Positions 17,786-28,355 of a stretch of DNA of 64,000 nucleotides are shown here, piece after piece. Both the position numbers and the translations under genes were made by a program. Within the stretch, counting starts at the first letter, position 1. Every line of letters begins with the position of its first letter. Source of the stretch: Patescibacteria group bacterium (GTDB lineage Bacteria; Patescibacteriota; Minisyncoccia; Moranbacterales; DUUL01); assembly GCA_034660175.1 (NCBI GenBank), contig JAYEIQ010000009.1, forward strand, positions 9,726-73,725. The letters run 5' to 3'. Below the pieces are notes generated by a model, which was not told the origin of the DNA, ran no database searches, and saw nothing but the letters and a program-made list of their open reading frames with translations.

Positions 17786-18490
17786 TTATGATGTTAATGC
17801 TTTCCAAAGAAAGACTACTGTTGCGTTCCAAGTCCTGCATGCTCTGTTCGGTTGAATAATCAATCTCCACAACCATTCTATGCCAGTCTTGCTGATGAAT
17901 TTTGGTGCCCTCTTTTTTTTGTTGGTCCAATAATCAAATGTTCCGCCAATACCAATTGCTATTTTCAGTTTCGGCAAATGATCTTTTATGTTCCAGATGT
18001 ACTCTTCTTGATGAGGTGTGCCGAGTCCAACGAAAAGTATTTCAGATTTTGCTAATTTTTCAACGTCTTTTTTTATTTGGGTGTTGTTTGCGTCTCTTGA
18101 AATGATGACCAGGTTTGAACATTTTTTGAGAGCAATTTGTAGATCTTCTTTATTGCTAAATCCGCCTGCTCGAATTATAGCGCCGATTGACATTTTTTTT
18201 TCATTTGCTTTGATTAAAATGTGTTTTGCTAAATCCGCGCCTGCAATTCTTTGTCCAACCGAATTTCCTTTTAAAAGTGAAACTATTTTTATTCCAATGC
18301 TGTCGACAATTCTCAAATCTGTGTTGTTCAAGATTTCTTTGTATTGAGAATCCTTGTCAGCCTCAAGGAGAATTTCGTTGTTTAATGTTGAAATGAATAA
18401 TTCGTTCTCTTGACCTTGCAGAGCGTTTTCAATTCGAGCAAAAACATCGTCTTTTGTTTCTTTCCCAATTGAAACTCCGAAGATCTTCAT
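17786..18490 (-). CDS. WecB/TagA/CpsF-family glycosyltransferase (GT26; WecG/TagA-like)
   Basis: Family signature GIEWLWRL near the C-terminus; 234 aa. Confidence 0.75.
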   Translation of the reverse strand: MKIFGVSIGKETKDDVFARIENALQGQENELFISTLNNEILLEADKDSQYKEILNNTDLRIVDSIGIKIVSLLKGNSVGQRIAGADLAKHILIKANEKKMSIGAIIRAGGFSNKEDLQIALKKCSNLVIISRDANNTQIKKDVEKLAKSEILFVGLGTPHQEEYIWNIKDHLPKLKIAIGIGGTFDYWTNKKKRAPKFISKTGIEWLWRLIIQPNRACRTWNATVVFLWKALTS

Positions 18491-18492
18491 TT

Positions 18493-19527
18493 TTATTGGG
18501 TGTTATTGTTGACCAAATCTTTCATGAAAATTCCTATTGCTGTTGCTAGAGGAACTGCAATGATAATTCCAATCACTCCTGCGAGTTTGCTACCAACGAG
18601 TAGTGCCAAGATCACAACGACAGGATTGAGTCCGACTGCCTTTCTCATGATAAGTGGAGTAAAGACATGATTCTCAAGCTGTTGGATCAGAATATAGACC
18701 ACAACGACTAAAATACCTGTCAATGGAGAGACTGTCAGTCCAACAAGTACTGCTGGAACAATCGCTATTGTTGGTCCGATATATGGAACTATCTCAAAAA
18801 TTCCACCAATAACAGCTAACATCAAGGCAAACGGGACATCCAACAAGTGCAGAGCCAGATAGTCTAAACATGCAATCAAAATGATCAGAGTGAATTGACC
18901 AATCAGCCATCTGCCTATCTTAGCTTGAATTCTGGTAACTAAATTAATTGCGTATACTTGATGCTTTGTTGGAACTATAGTTTGCAAAAATCCTTTGATT
19001 CCATCTTTTTTGACTAACATATAGAAAGATAGAGATATCACGACAATAACTTTGAAGAATCCACCAAGGAATCCAAGGGTGTTTGAAAAGGCGCTAGTGA
19101 TTGTATCTGCGATCTTACTAGTGCTGTTATCGATGATGGAATTAAGATTTTCTTCCAGTTTGTATGTTGATGCAATCTCTGTGATGTTTCTAATGAACTG
19201 ATCGAGACCTTGGAGATAAATTGGGAGATTTTCACCAAGCTTCTTGAGGTCAACTAGAAGAATTGGAATAAGGAAATACAAAACAAGCCCGATAACAAAA
19301 AGGATAAATAAATATATTGTTACTGCGCTGATTGTTCTAGGGATTTTTTTCTTTTCGAGTTTGTCAACAATAGGCTGTGCTGCGCTGACAACCACAATAG
19401 CAAAGAATAACAAAAAAAGCGTTTCACGAATGAGAAACAAAAACCAAACAAACAAAACAACCAAAACAACACGCCAGATTGTTCCAGCTGAAATGTCCAG
19501 TGTTTTTCTTCTGAGATCTTTCATCAT
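18493..19527 (-). CDS. AI-2E family transporter (UPF0118/PerM-like)
   Basis: Polytopic membrane protein with the typical FLIRETLFLLFFAIVV..QPIVDKL N-terminus and C-terminal GLNPVVVILALLVG. Confidence 0.7.
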   Translation of the reverse strand: MMKDLRRKTLDISAGTIWRVVLVVLFVWFLFLIRETLFLLFFAIVVVSAAQPIVDKLEKKKIPRTISAVTIYLFILFVIGLVLYFLIPILLVDLKKLGENLPIYLQGLDQFIRNITEIASTYKLEENLNSIIDNSTSKIADTITSAFSNTLGFLGGFFKVIVVISLSFYMLVKKDGIKGFLQTIVPTKHQVYAINLVTRIQAKIGRWLIGQFTLIILIACLDYLALHLLDVPFALMLAVIGGIFEIVPYIGPTIAIVPAVLVGLTVSPLTGILVVVVYILIQQLENHVFTPLIMRKAVGLNPVVVILALLVGSKLAGVIGIIIAVPLATAIGIFMKDLVNNNTQ

Positions 19528-19535
19528 ACAGTTTT

Positions 19536-20807
19536 TTATACTTTCAAAACTTTTCTCAATTTCCCATTATCTTTGTGTGGTCCGATGATAGCCAAATTTA
19601 GATGATTATTTTTGATTATTTTTTTTGCCACTTTCATGATGTCTGAAGCTGTGATTTTCTCAATTTTCTCAAAAATTTCCTCATGTGACTCAATCTTTTT
19701 TTGAAACAATTCCTGATCACCAAAAAATGAAGTAACTGAAGTGGTTGATTCAAGCGACATCAATGTTTTACCTTTCAGATATTCTTTGGCTTTCGAGAGT
19801 TCTTTTTTTGTTACAGGTTTTTGAGTAATTTTTTTTAACTCTTTCAAAATAAGACGAGTTGCTTTGTGAAGATTCTTGTGTTCAACTCCTGCTGCAACAA
19901 AGAGATATCCTGTATCTGTTGTCATGTCAGTTCCGGCATTGATATAGTATGTTAGACCATATCGTTCTCTGATGTTGATGAAGGTTCTACTGCTCATTCC
20001 TCCACCCAATAAAGTTCCAAGAAGAACTGTTGCATGACGATCGGGACTGAACATATTTGGTCCACGAAATCCCAAAAGCAAGTGAGTTTGATCTGTTTTC
20101 TTTTCATGTATTCTCAGGGCTGGAACAGATTGATTTTCGATAACTTTCTTCTTTGTTTTCTTTCTAGAGGAGTTTTTTCTTGCTTTAAAAAATGTTTCTA
20201 TCAAATTTAAAGCCTTTTTTTCATCGAAATTTCCTGCTATTGAAATCACGGTAGATTTTGGAAGATACATTTTCTTCATATAACTGGCAAAGTCTTCCCT
20301 CTTAAGTTTTTTAATGTTTTTTTCAGTTCCAATAATATTCCATCCTGCTGGTTGATTGCCATAAAGAAGGCTCTCAAAAATATCCCACACAAAGCGCATT
20401 GGTGTGTCGCGAGACATTGCTGCTTCTTGCAAGATCACTCCTCTTTCCGTATCTATTTCTTTTTGATGCAAGAGTGGATTGAGATAGAGATCGCTCACCA
20501 CCTCAAGTGCCATTTCAAAATGTTTTGTTGGGACTTTAACCCAATACCCTGTTTGTTCTTTGCCTGTGAATGCGTTGTATTCTCCACCAACACTATCAAA
20601 AGTTTCTGCAATGATCTTTGTTGTGGGGCGCTTTTTTGTTCCCTTAAACATCATGTGTTCCAAAAAATGAGAAACCCCATTATTTGAGCGGTTTTCATAT
20701 TTTGATCCAGCCTCAACCAGAATTTCGATTGCAACGGTTTGTGTGTTTTTCATGGGAGTAAGCACAACGCGTAGTCCATTTTTCAGAATATGTTTGGAAA
20801 AATTCAT
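19536..20807 (-). CDS. M16-family zinc peptidase (insulinase-like)
   Basis: HFLEHMMFKGT inverted zincin HxxEH motif; 423 aa. Confidence 0.8.
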   Translation of the reverse strand: MNFSKHILKNGLRVVLTPMKNTQTVAIEILVEAGSKYENRSNNGVSHFLEHMMFKGTKKRPTTKIIAETFDSVGGEYNAFTGKEQTGYWVKVPTKHFEMALEVVSDLYLNPLLHQKEIDTERGVILQEAAMSRDTPMRFVWDIFESLLYGNQPAGWNIIGTEKNIKKLKREDFASYMKKMYLPKSTVISIAGNFDEKKALNLIETFFKARKNSSRKKTKKKVIENQSVPALRIHEKKTDQTHLLLGFRGPNMFSPDRHATVLLGTLLGGGMSSRTFINIRERYGLTYYINAGTDMTTDTGYLFVAAGVEHKNLHKATRLILKELKKITQKPVTKKELSKAKEYLKGKTLMSLESTTSVTSFFGDQELFQKKIESHEEIFEKIEKITASDIMKVAKKIIKNNHLNLAIIGPHKDNGKLRKVLKV

Positions 20808-20808
20808 A

Positions 20809-21771
20809 TTATCTTTTTTTGTTATTTTTTTTAATTCTGGGAACTCTAATAAGACCGGAAAATGCAGTTACTTTTAATCCTTTCTTCTCAAGTTCATCAA
20901 GAAAAAGGTTCATTCCAATTGAGTCAGAGGAGATGTGGCCAGCAATGATCACATTGATGTGTGCTTTGTCGGCTGCTTTGCGATGCTGTTCACTTTGATG
21001 CATACCTACAACAGTTCCAACTCCACTATTTGAAAGAGCTTCATATAGATCTGGGGATCCTTCTGCTCCTCCTGTAATTTCTGAAGCGACAACTTTACCA
21101 CAACGATTTTTTGGATTTCCAGTGAAGAGCTTTGGTCCAACTCCCTGTTTTTTTGCTTCTTGGTATTCTTCAATTTCATGAAGCATCTTCAAGACATCAC
21201 CAACGTATTTTGGTTTGAGTTTCGCAATTTTGTCTGTCAGGAATTTTGCGACCATATTGTCGGCGGGAGTATGAATATTGATGAGATTGATGTTCAATAG
21301 TCTTGCTGCGTCAATTGTGATTTGGTGATTTCCCGGATTGATTCCTCGAGAAACTTCAGAGATTCTTTTGTGAAGCAATTTTTCTGCAATTGTAACAGGT
21401 ACACCAATACTCTCCATATAATCAATTTGCATCTCCATTACATCATCTAGATTGGCTAGCGCAGACCCTATTGGGTGGTGGTTGATCACCAAGTCAAAAT
21501 CGAGTTCTTTGGCCAAAAGCAGACCACCCATGGTGATGTCAATTCCTGCAAGAACTTTTTTTATTGTTTTCTTTCCATTATCAAAATGGATTCTTGAGTC
21601 CGAATAGGGGTTGATTAGTTTTTCTTTGTCGAAACAATCTTTTTCGATTCCTTTCAACTCTTTGAATTCTTCTTTCTTCTTTTTCAGATACTCATCAATC
21701 TCTTTTTTAGATCGAAAATCGTTTTCGATTCCCAGCTTGATGCCTAGATCAAAAATTTGCCTTACTGTCAT
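20809..21771 (-). CDS. Nif3-family dinuclear-metal-centre protein (YqfO/YbgI-like)
   Basis: DLVINHHP, NIHTPAD and AGHISSD align with the three conserved His-containing motifs of Nif3. Confidence 0.65.
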   Translation of the reverse strand: MTVRQIFDLGIKLGIENDFRSKKEIDEYLKKKKEEFKELKGIEKDCFDKEKLINPYSDSRIHFDNGKKTIKKVLAGIDITMGGLLLAKELDFDLVINHHPIGSALANLDDVMEMQIDYMESIGVPVTIAEKLLHKRISEVSRGINPGNHQITIDAARLLNINLINIHTPADNMVAKFLTDKIAKLKPKYVGDVLKMLHEIEEYQEAKKQGVGPKLFTGNPKNRCGKVVASEITGGAEGSPDLYEALSNSGVGTVVGMHQSEQHRKAADKAHINVIIAGHISSDSIGMNLFLDELEKKGLKVTAFSGLIRVPRIKKNNKKR

Positions 21772-21829
21772 TCTTTTTTGAGAATTATTATCTTCTTATG
21801 TTAGCAATGATTTTAGTCAAACACAACCT

Positions 21830-22690
21830 TTATTTTACTGTTTCCAACCATTCTTTGAGAGCTTCTTCATAGTGACGAAATTGAGGAAATTTTGTGTTGA
21901 GTAAAACAGTAGATCTTGCTCTTTTGGCTGGTCGAGGAAATTCATCTTGACTGACTGGAATTATCTTTATCTTCTTGTTGTTGACTAATTCAAAGAGTTT
22001 TCTTGCTCCTTCAAACCAAGTGACAGCCCCTTTGTTCACAAGATGATATATTCCATATTCATATTTTTTCTCAACTAAATCTTTAGTTGCGGCAACAAGA
22101 TCTGGAACATAGGTGAAGCATGATCGTTCATCATCAACTATTTTTAACTCATCTCTGTCTTGTGACAAATCCAGCATTGTTGAGAAAAAACTTTTCTTTG
22201 CGTTTGGAGATGTACCTGATTTACCAAAAAGCTTCGAAATTCTAACCAAATAATACTTTCCGCCTATTTCTTGTACATTTTTTTCACCCAATGCTTTTGA
22301 GAAGCCATAATTTGAGATTGGGTTTGGTTTTTCATCTTCTGTATATTCCCCTTTTTTACCATCGAAAAGATAGTCGGTGACATATTGCACAAAAACAGCA
22401 TCACAGTTTTTCGCGGCTTGAGCTAGCATCCCTGGCACTTCCCCGTTAAGTCTTTTTGCCATTTCAAATTCTTCCTTATTTTCCGCTCCATCAACATCAT
22501 TAAATGCTATGGCGTTGATCATGATTTCCGGCTGTTCTTTTTCGATGAAACCAAAGACGTCTCTTTTTTTAGTTATATCCAGTTCTTCTTTGTCTAGTTT
22601 GAAAACCTGGTATTGATCATCAGCGGAAAATGTTTTTACAAGTTCACTGCCCAACATTCCCTTTGCTCCAAAAACAATAATTTTTTTCAT
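21830..22690 (-). CDS. rmlD: dTDP-4-dehydrorhamnose reductase
   Basis: MKKIIVFGAKGMLG Rossmann N-terminus; RmlD-like length (286 aa) and YxxxK region (YGFSK). Confidence 0.75.
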   Translation of the reverse strand: MKKIIVFGAKGMLGSELVKTFSADDQYQVFKLDKEELDITKKRDVFGFIEKEQPEIMINAIAFNDVDGAENKEEFEMAKRLNGEVPGMLAQAAKNCDAVFVQYVTDYLFDGKKGEYTEDEKPNPISNYGFSKALGEKNVQEIGGKYYLVRISKLFGKSGTSPNAKKSFFSTMLDLSQDRDELKIVDDERSCFTYVPDLVAATKDLVEKKYEYGIYHLVNKGAVTWFEGARKLFELVNNKKIKIIPVSQDEFPRPAKRARSTVLLNTKFPQFRHYEEALKEWLETVK

Positions 22691-22694
22691 GTGT

Positions 22695-23504
22695 TTATTT
22701 TCTAATTATAGTTCTTCTGAGTGCCTTAATTATCCAGTAAGCTGGTTTTGTCGAGTTTTTTTTGAAGAACTTTTCCATGGAATCATAGTAGTGCTTTTTT
22801 TGCAGTTGTTTGTCGGTGTAGCTTCCTCCACTGCTATGAAAAATTTTAAAATCAGGAAAAAGGATAACCTTTTTCCCTTTTTGTCTTGCTCTGTGGCACA
22901 AATCCATGTCTTCGAAATACATAAAATAGTTCTCGTCGAATCCTTCAAGCTCATCAAAGAGATCTTTTCTGATAAACATAGTTGTGCCCGCCACCCAATC
23001 ACAACTAACTTTTTCCTTGCTGTTCCATATGTTCTTGCTACGACTGATCCCAAGATTGTTTCTGATCAGGTCATAGAGGGATGCTTCTTTACCTGCGCTC
23101 CATTCTTGTTTTTTGCCTTTTTGCTTGATAATTCCTCCTCCAACAATTCCCAGGTTAGCTTCATGTGAAAATTCGCTCAAAACATTGTGAATGTTGTCAG
23201 TAAGGATCTCTGTATCTGGATTAAGAATGAGTAAAGTTTGACCAGAGGCTTTTTTTGCACCCATGTTGATGGCACGACCAAATCCAACATTTTTTCCATG
23301 ATCAATAATGTTCACTTTAGAAAAATCGAGTGAAAGACTATTTATGTCTATCTCCTTATCATTGTTGATGATAATTATTTCCCACGAATCAAGGTGAGAC
23401 AATTGTTTGCAAGCAGAGTCAATGCAGCGCTTGAGCTTATCGGTGTCGTTAAAAGCTACCACTAGCACGGAAAGTTGTTTAGTCAGTTCTTTTTGGTCAG
23501 GCAT
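22695..23504 (-). CDS. Glycosyltransferase family 2
   Basis: LSVLVVAFNDTD N-terminus, internal DxD-type acidic residues, overlapping operon neighbours. Confidence 0.7.
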   Translation of the reverse strand: MPDQKELTKQLSVLVVAFNDTDKLKRCIDSACKQLSHLDSWEIIIINNDKEIDINSLSLDFSKVNIIDHGKNVGFGRAINMGAKKASGQTLLILNPDTEILTDNIHNVLSEFSHEANLGIVGGGIIKQKGKKQEWSAGKEASLYDLIRNNLGISRSKNIWNSKEKVSCDWVAGTTMFIRKDLFDELEGFDENYFMYFEDMDLCHRARQKGKKVILFPDFKIFHSSGGSYTDKQLQKKHYYDSMEKFFKKNSTKPAYWIIKALRRTIIRK

Positions 23505-24369
23505 TTTTGAAGTCTTTAAAAGCTCTGCGAACCGATTCTGTGAAGTTTCCTCTATTAAGTTTGCGGTTCAGAAAATTGTTTAGTTTTCTTAATTTTATAT
23601 ACAACCAGATCCATGGACGAAATTGCCAAGGACAGTTTCTGTCAAAAAAAATAAGTGCGGATAAAACTAACCAGTAAACCTTGTTTTCGTTAACATTTTC
23701 GCTTTGTTCAAGATGATAAATAATGCTCTTTGGACACACAGTCAATTTGAAACCAGCCGATTGAACCTTCTGACAAAAATCTGCGTCCTCCCAATACAGA
23801 AAATATTTTTCACAAAGCAATCCAACTTTATCTAATACCTTTCTTGGTATGAGCATTGCACATCCTGATATGAAGTCTGAATTGTAAGGCTTTTGTGAGA
23901 TTGTCTTTGTCTCATGAGCAGTCTTCATCCTTAGCCAGTCAATCTTTCCTCTGGAAAACCAGACTTTCTTCATGTCTGGACCGTAAATTAACGGGCAAAC
24001 AATTCCTGTCCTGGGTTCTTTCTGGACCGTTTCGACAAGTTTTGTCAGAAAATCTGTCTCGACAATGGTGTCGTTATTCAGAAGGAGAATGAAATCGGCA
24101 TCATTACTGAGCGCATGTCTGATCCCAACATTATTGCCTGCTGAAAAACCAAGATTGGTTTTGTTTTTTAAGAAAGTTATTTGTGGGAACAGCCTCTTTG
24201 CTTTTTGTAGTGAGCCATCCTGCGAGTCATTGTCCACTAATACTATTTGAAAGTTTGAATAATCAATTTTATCAAGGCTTTTCAAACATTTTTCAAGAAC
24301 GTCTTTTCCGTTGAAATTGACGATCACAATCGAGACTTTTGGAGTGTTTTTCGTTGCTGGTTGTCTCAT
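23497..24369 (-). CDS. Glycosyltransferase family 2
   Basis: VSIVIVNFNGKD and VDNDSQDGS motifs. Confidence 0.75.
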   Translation of the reverse strand: MRQPATKNTPKVSIVIVNFNGKDVLEKCLKSLDKIDYSNFQIVLVDNDSQDGSLQKAKRLFPQITFLKNKTNLGFSAGNNVGIRHALSNDADFILLLNNDTIVETDFLTKLVETVQKEPRTGIVCPLIYGPDMKKVWFSRGKIDWLRMKTAHETKTISQKPYNSDFISGCAMLIPRKVLDKVGLLCEKYFLYWEDADFCQKVQSAGFKLTVCPKSIIYHLEQSENVNENKVYWLVLSALIFFDRNCPWQFRPWIWLYIKLRKLNNFLNRKLNRGNFTESVRRAFKDFKNA

Positions 24370-25541
24370 AGTTTACTTCGAAGATATTCGTAATATTCTA
24401 AATTGTTACTGTTTTTATTAGAATATTTTTTCAATACTTTTTCTTGCGCTTTCTTTCCAATTTGCTGTCTCAGTTTTCTGTTTTCTATCAAGTTGCTTAT
24501 TTTTTCAATCCACTCATCTGTTGTTGCAGCCAAAAATCCATCAACTCCATCATCAATTGCTTCAGAGAATGTTCGATTGTTCACTGCTATGGTTGGGATT
24601 GCTAATGCTCCAGCTTCAGTGAACTTGATAGCTGACTTGGATTGGCAAAAAGGATTTTCTTGCTCAAGTGGTGCCAAATTGATGTCCATTTCTGAAAGTT
24701 TTGTGAAGAATTCTTTGCGTGGTGAGAATGGAATGAGTTCAACTTGATCTTTAAGCTCGGTGAGCTCACTTGGAATGTCCAATGGTCCCATGAAAATATA
24801 TCGAACATTTTTGTGCTTTTTTGCGACTAGCAAAAGGGCGTCTTTAATAGTTGCAAAATCCTTGTTGTGAGAAATTGTTCCACTGGCATAAACTATTCTT
24901 ACCACACCATCATCACTTTTTCGCTTATTTGAAAGTTCTTGCGTAAACTTTAGTTCGGCGTTGGAAAATTTATTTGGAACAACAAACACGTTTTTCCCTT
25001 CCTTTTTCAGAAGTTGTGCCAAAAAAGATGTGATTGTTGTGCATGTTTTCACATATGGATCTCTCACTATCTCTGTTCCAATTCCCTTTTTGTATGGTTC
25101 TTGTTCGGAGGGACTCATTTCTTGAAAATAATCCATGAAAGGAGAGAATTTTGGATCATAAACTAGATCGTCAGTGTCAAATATAATTTCTTTCTTATTC
25201 TTTTTTATTTCCCGAATCATCTTTTCAACCTTGTCATTGAAAATGGTTCTGTGAAAAATAAAAATTTTATATTTTTTTGCAAGTCCAACAAGAAAAGGAT
25301 TGTCAGAGATCGTGACAGAAGCCTTAAATCCATGTTCACGCAACTCTTCAGCAACATTGTGAGTGCGATAGAGAGCACTGTCACCCACTCCTCCAGTGAT
25401 GAAAAGTACTTCTCCGTCTTGGACACAAAGTAACTTTGCAAAAACAAAAAGTCGAGCAGTAATAATTTTGAGACCTCTCCAAAAACCGCTTCTTATCCAA
25501 AGTGTTTTTGTTTTGCTGAGTTTGATTATGAGTGAGTCCAT
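24366..25541 (-). CDS. Glycosyltransferase family 4 (GT-B, GT1 clan)
   Basis: C-terminal E..G..AIPTIA......E.I.DG.DGFL region typical of GT4. Confidence 0.7.
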   Translation of the reverse strand: MDSLIIKLSKTKTLWIRSGFWRGLKIITARLFVFAKLLCVQDGEVLFITGGVGDSALYRTHNVAEELREHGFKASVTISDNPFLVGLAKKYKIFIFHRTIFNDKVEKMIREIKKNKKEIIFDTDDLVYDPKFSPFMDYFQEMSPSEQEPYKKGIGTEIVRDPYVKTCTTITSFLAQLLKKEGKNVFVVPNKFSNAELKFTQELSNKRKSDDGVVRIVYASGTISHNKDFATIKDALLLVAKKHKNVRYIFMGPLDIPSELTELKDQVELIPFSPRKEFFTKLSEMDINLAPLEQENPFCQSKSAIKFTEAGALAIPTIAVNNRTFSEAIDDGVDGFLAATTDEWIEKISNLIENRKLRQQIGKKAQEKVLKKYSNKNSNNLEYYEYLRSKL

Positions 25542-26389
25542 TGTTTGTATTTTTTATAAAACTTTTTCCTGGGATTTCCCTTGAAAATCCATTTAGCTCT
25601 GTATTTGATCGAGTCAATTACGTGTCTGCGAACAAATTTATTCTCAAAAAATTGTCCAATGCCTCCAGCGCTTAATCTTTTTCCATCAGCGTAGACTTTG
25701 GTGTCCGGATAATATACGACCTGATGTCCCATTTCCCAGGCGCGTGCGCTCATTTCAATGTCAGCCATGAACAAGAAATATCGTTCGTTAAAACCACCAA
25801 CATCATCCCAAAACTTTCGACAGATCATCACGCAAGAAGACTGTAGCCAGTCAACATCTTGAGTTTTGTCATAGTCAAGGTGTTGCATTTCGTCATATGC
25901 TACTTTCTTTTTGAGAAAAGGAAGGTTTCTCAAAAAAGTTCTTCTAGCAACTTGAACATAGAATTTTGGAAAAGCTCTAACGCTCATTGCCACTTCCCCG
26001 GTGTCATTGATTTGTTTTGGTCCGACAATTGCAACGTTTTCGTTTTTTTCCATAAAATCAACCATTTTCTGGATTGTATCTTTTTCCTTCAACAAAATAT
26101 CCGGATTGACTATCAAGATATAATCTCCCTTCTCTTTTCCTTTTATTTTGTTGTGACTTTGGGCGTAACCCAAGTTTTTTTCGCTGATAACAAGTTCAAG
26201 ATTTATTTGATTACCAATCTCTTTTAGGAGAATTGCATGTTGTTTTTCATCGCAGGACACGTCAATAACAAAAATATTGAACTTGAAAGATGTCTTTTGG
26301 AGACAAAGATTTCTAACATTTTCAACCACTCTTGATGCTTTGTAGTAATTGGATATTACAATGGTGAGTTTGTGACTTTTGTTTGTCAT
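25526..26389 (-). CDS. Glycosyltransferase family 2
   Basis: MTNKSHKLTIVISNYY N-terminus (ATG at 26389; upstream in-frame ATG at 26419 and TTG at 26425 are less GT2-like); IVNPDILL motif. Confidence 0.65.
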   Translation of the reverse strand: MTNKSHKLTIVISNYYKASRVVENVRNLCLQKTSFKFNIFVIDVSCDEKQHAILLKEIGNQINLELVISEKNLGYAQSHNKIKGKEKGDYILIVNPDILLKEKDTIQKMVDFMEKNENVAIVGPKQINDTGEVAMSVRAFPKFYVQVARRTFLRNLPFLKKKVAYDEMQHLDYDKTQDVDWLQSSCVMICRKFWDDVGGFNERYFLFMADIEMSARAWEMGHQVVYYPDTKVYADGKRLSAGGIGQFFENKFVRRHVIDSIKYRAKWIFKGNPRKKFYKKYKQWTHS

Positions 26390-26494
26390 AAAAATTCTTA
26401 CTGCTTTGAATCGTAGCATAAACAAGGCAAAAAATCCAACAGTTTCTTCGTGAGAATTGGTTGGATTTGTCGCCTTGTTTGTGTCAGATCGGCT

Positions 26495-27304
26495 CTATAA
26501 AGAATTGCTTTCAAGGACATTTTTAGCTTTGTTTTTTAGTTCTTTGTTGAATTGATCAATTGCTTTATTCACAATGGGATGAAAATTTTCAGTTATGTTT
26601 TTTTCCTTCACTATTCTTCCTGCTTCCAAAAGTGAATCAAAGGTTCCAGCATCAAGCCATTCACCTTCGAATGTGGCAACTTTGAGTTCATTCTTTTCCA
26701 AATACCAATTATGAAGTGATGTGATCTCTATTTCATCTCGTTTGCTTGGTTTGGCTTTCTTTGCTGCTTCAATCACTCGACTGTCATAGATATAGATTCC
26801 AGGAATGGCATAGTCACTAATCCATTTTTCTGGTTTTTCTTCTATTTCTATGGCTTTCATGCTTTTGTCAAATTTCACAACTCCATAGCGTTCTGGATCT
26901 GGAACTTTTCTAGCAAAAATTAGTCCACCTGATTTGAAGTTTTTGATATGAGGTGTCAGATCTTCCTCAAAGATGTTGTCACCCAGAATCATGGTGACAT
27001 CATCATCATCAATAAAATTTTCACCAACAATGAAAGCATCTGCCAATCCCCGTGGTGTTTTCTGCACACAAAACTCAACATGGACACCGTGTTTTTCAAA
27101 CATGGAGCCGAGCAGATTGAGATATTGTCCAGAATGTTCTGGTGCAACAATAACTAAAATCTCTTTAATGTCGGCCTTTATCAAAACGTTCAGAGGATAA
27201 AATATCATCTGTCTGTCATATACAGGTAATAATTGTTTCGATGTGGTTGCGGTCAAGGGAAAGAGTCTAGTTGCTGTTCCTCCTGCCAAAACGATACCTT
27301 TCAT
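26495..27304 (-). CDS. rmlA: Glucose-1-phosphate thymidylyltransferase
   Basis: MKGIVLAGGTATRLFPLT, GLADAF and LGDNIF motifs. Confidence 0.8.
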   Translation of the reverse strand: MKGIVLAGGTATRLFPLTATTSKQLLPVYDRQMIFYPLNVLIKADIKEILVIVAPEHSGQYLNLLGSMFEKHGVHVEFCVQKTPRGLADAFIVGENFIDDDDVTMILGDNIFEEDLTPHIKNFKSGGLIFARKVPDPERYGVVKFDKSMKAIEIEEKPEKWISDYAIPGIYIYDSRVIEAAKKAKPSKRDEIEITSLHNWYLEKNELKVATFEGEWLDAGTFDSLLEAGRIVKEKNITENFHPIVNKAIDQFNKELKNKAKNVLESNSL

Positions 27305-27338
27305 TTGTTTGATCTATTGTTTATGACTTGAGAAGATT

Positions 27339-28310
27339 TTATTTTTTCAATTTTTCCCACCAAGATCGATTTTCTTTGTACCACTCAACGGTCTGTTTGA
27401 GTCCATCCGTGAAGTCAATTTGCGGTCTCCAGTCAAGTTCCTTCTCTGCCTTTGAAAAGTCTATTGCATAACGGAAATCATGACCTTTTCTGTCCTCTAC
27501 ATATTTTATCTTCTCTTCACTTTCGCTCATGAGACTCAAGAGCTCTTTTGTGATCTCCATATTATGTTTTTCTGAGGCGCCGCCGAGGCAATAGGTCTCT
27601 CCTAATTGACCCTTTTTGATTACACTTTCCACACCTCTGTTGTGATCATCAACATGTATCCAATCTCGAACATTATTACCTTTTCCATAAACTGGAACTT
27701 TTTGTCCTTGAATGAGATTTGTGATGAATAGCGGGATCAGTTTTTCTGGAAACTGGAAGGGCCCGTAGTTGTTTGAACAATTAGAAATAGTAATTGGTAA
27801 TTTGTGCGTATGAAAATATGATCTCACGAGATGATCTGAAGCGGCTTTTGATGCGCTGTAGGGGCTGTGTGGATCATATGGTGTATTTTCATTGAATGGT
27901 TTGTCGGAAGTGTTAAGTGAGCCAAAAACTTCATCTGTTGAGATGTGATGAAACCGTATGTTGCCTGATTTTTTTGCCGCTTCAAGGAGATTGTGTGTTC
28001 CCAGGACATTAGTTTGAAGAAATATTGTAGAATTCTCAATAGATCTATCAACGTGGCTTTCCGCGGCGAAATGGACCACCAAATCGAAATTATCATTCTT
28101 AAACAAATTGTTGACAATCTCTTTGTCTGAAATATCCCCTTTCACGAAATGATAGTTTTTGTTGTCTTGAATGCTTTTAAGATTGTCTAGGTTCCCAGCA
28201 TATGTCAGTGCATCCAAATTGACAATTTGATCTTCTGGATTTTTTTCAAGCCAATAGTGAATGAAATTTGAGCCAATAAATCCAGCTCCTCCGGTGACAA
28301 GAATTTTCAT
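27339..28310 (-). CDS. rmlB: dTDP-glucose 4,6-dehydratase
   Basis: MKILVTGGAGFIGSNF and catalytic YSASKAASD. Confidence 0.9.
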   Translation of the reverse strand: MKILVTGGAGFIGSNFIHYWLEKNPEDQIVNLDALTYAGNLDNLKSIQDNKNYHFVKGDISDKEIVNNLFKNDNFDLVVHFAAESHVDRSIENSTIFLQTNVLGTHNLLEAAKKSGNIRFHHISTDEVFGSLNTSDKPFNENTPYDPHSPYSASKAASDHLVRSYFHTHKLPITISNCSNNYGPFQFPEKLIPLFITNLIQGQKVPVYGKGNNVRDWIHVDDHNRGVESVIKKGQLGETYCLGGASEKHNMEITKELLSLMSESEEKIKYVEDRKGHDFRYAIDFSKAEKELDWRPQIDFTDGLKQTVEWYKENRSWWEKLKK

Positions 28311-28355
28311 ATGTTGTTACGTAACAAGAAACGTTAGTTAATGCTATGATATAGT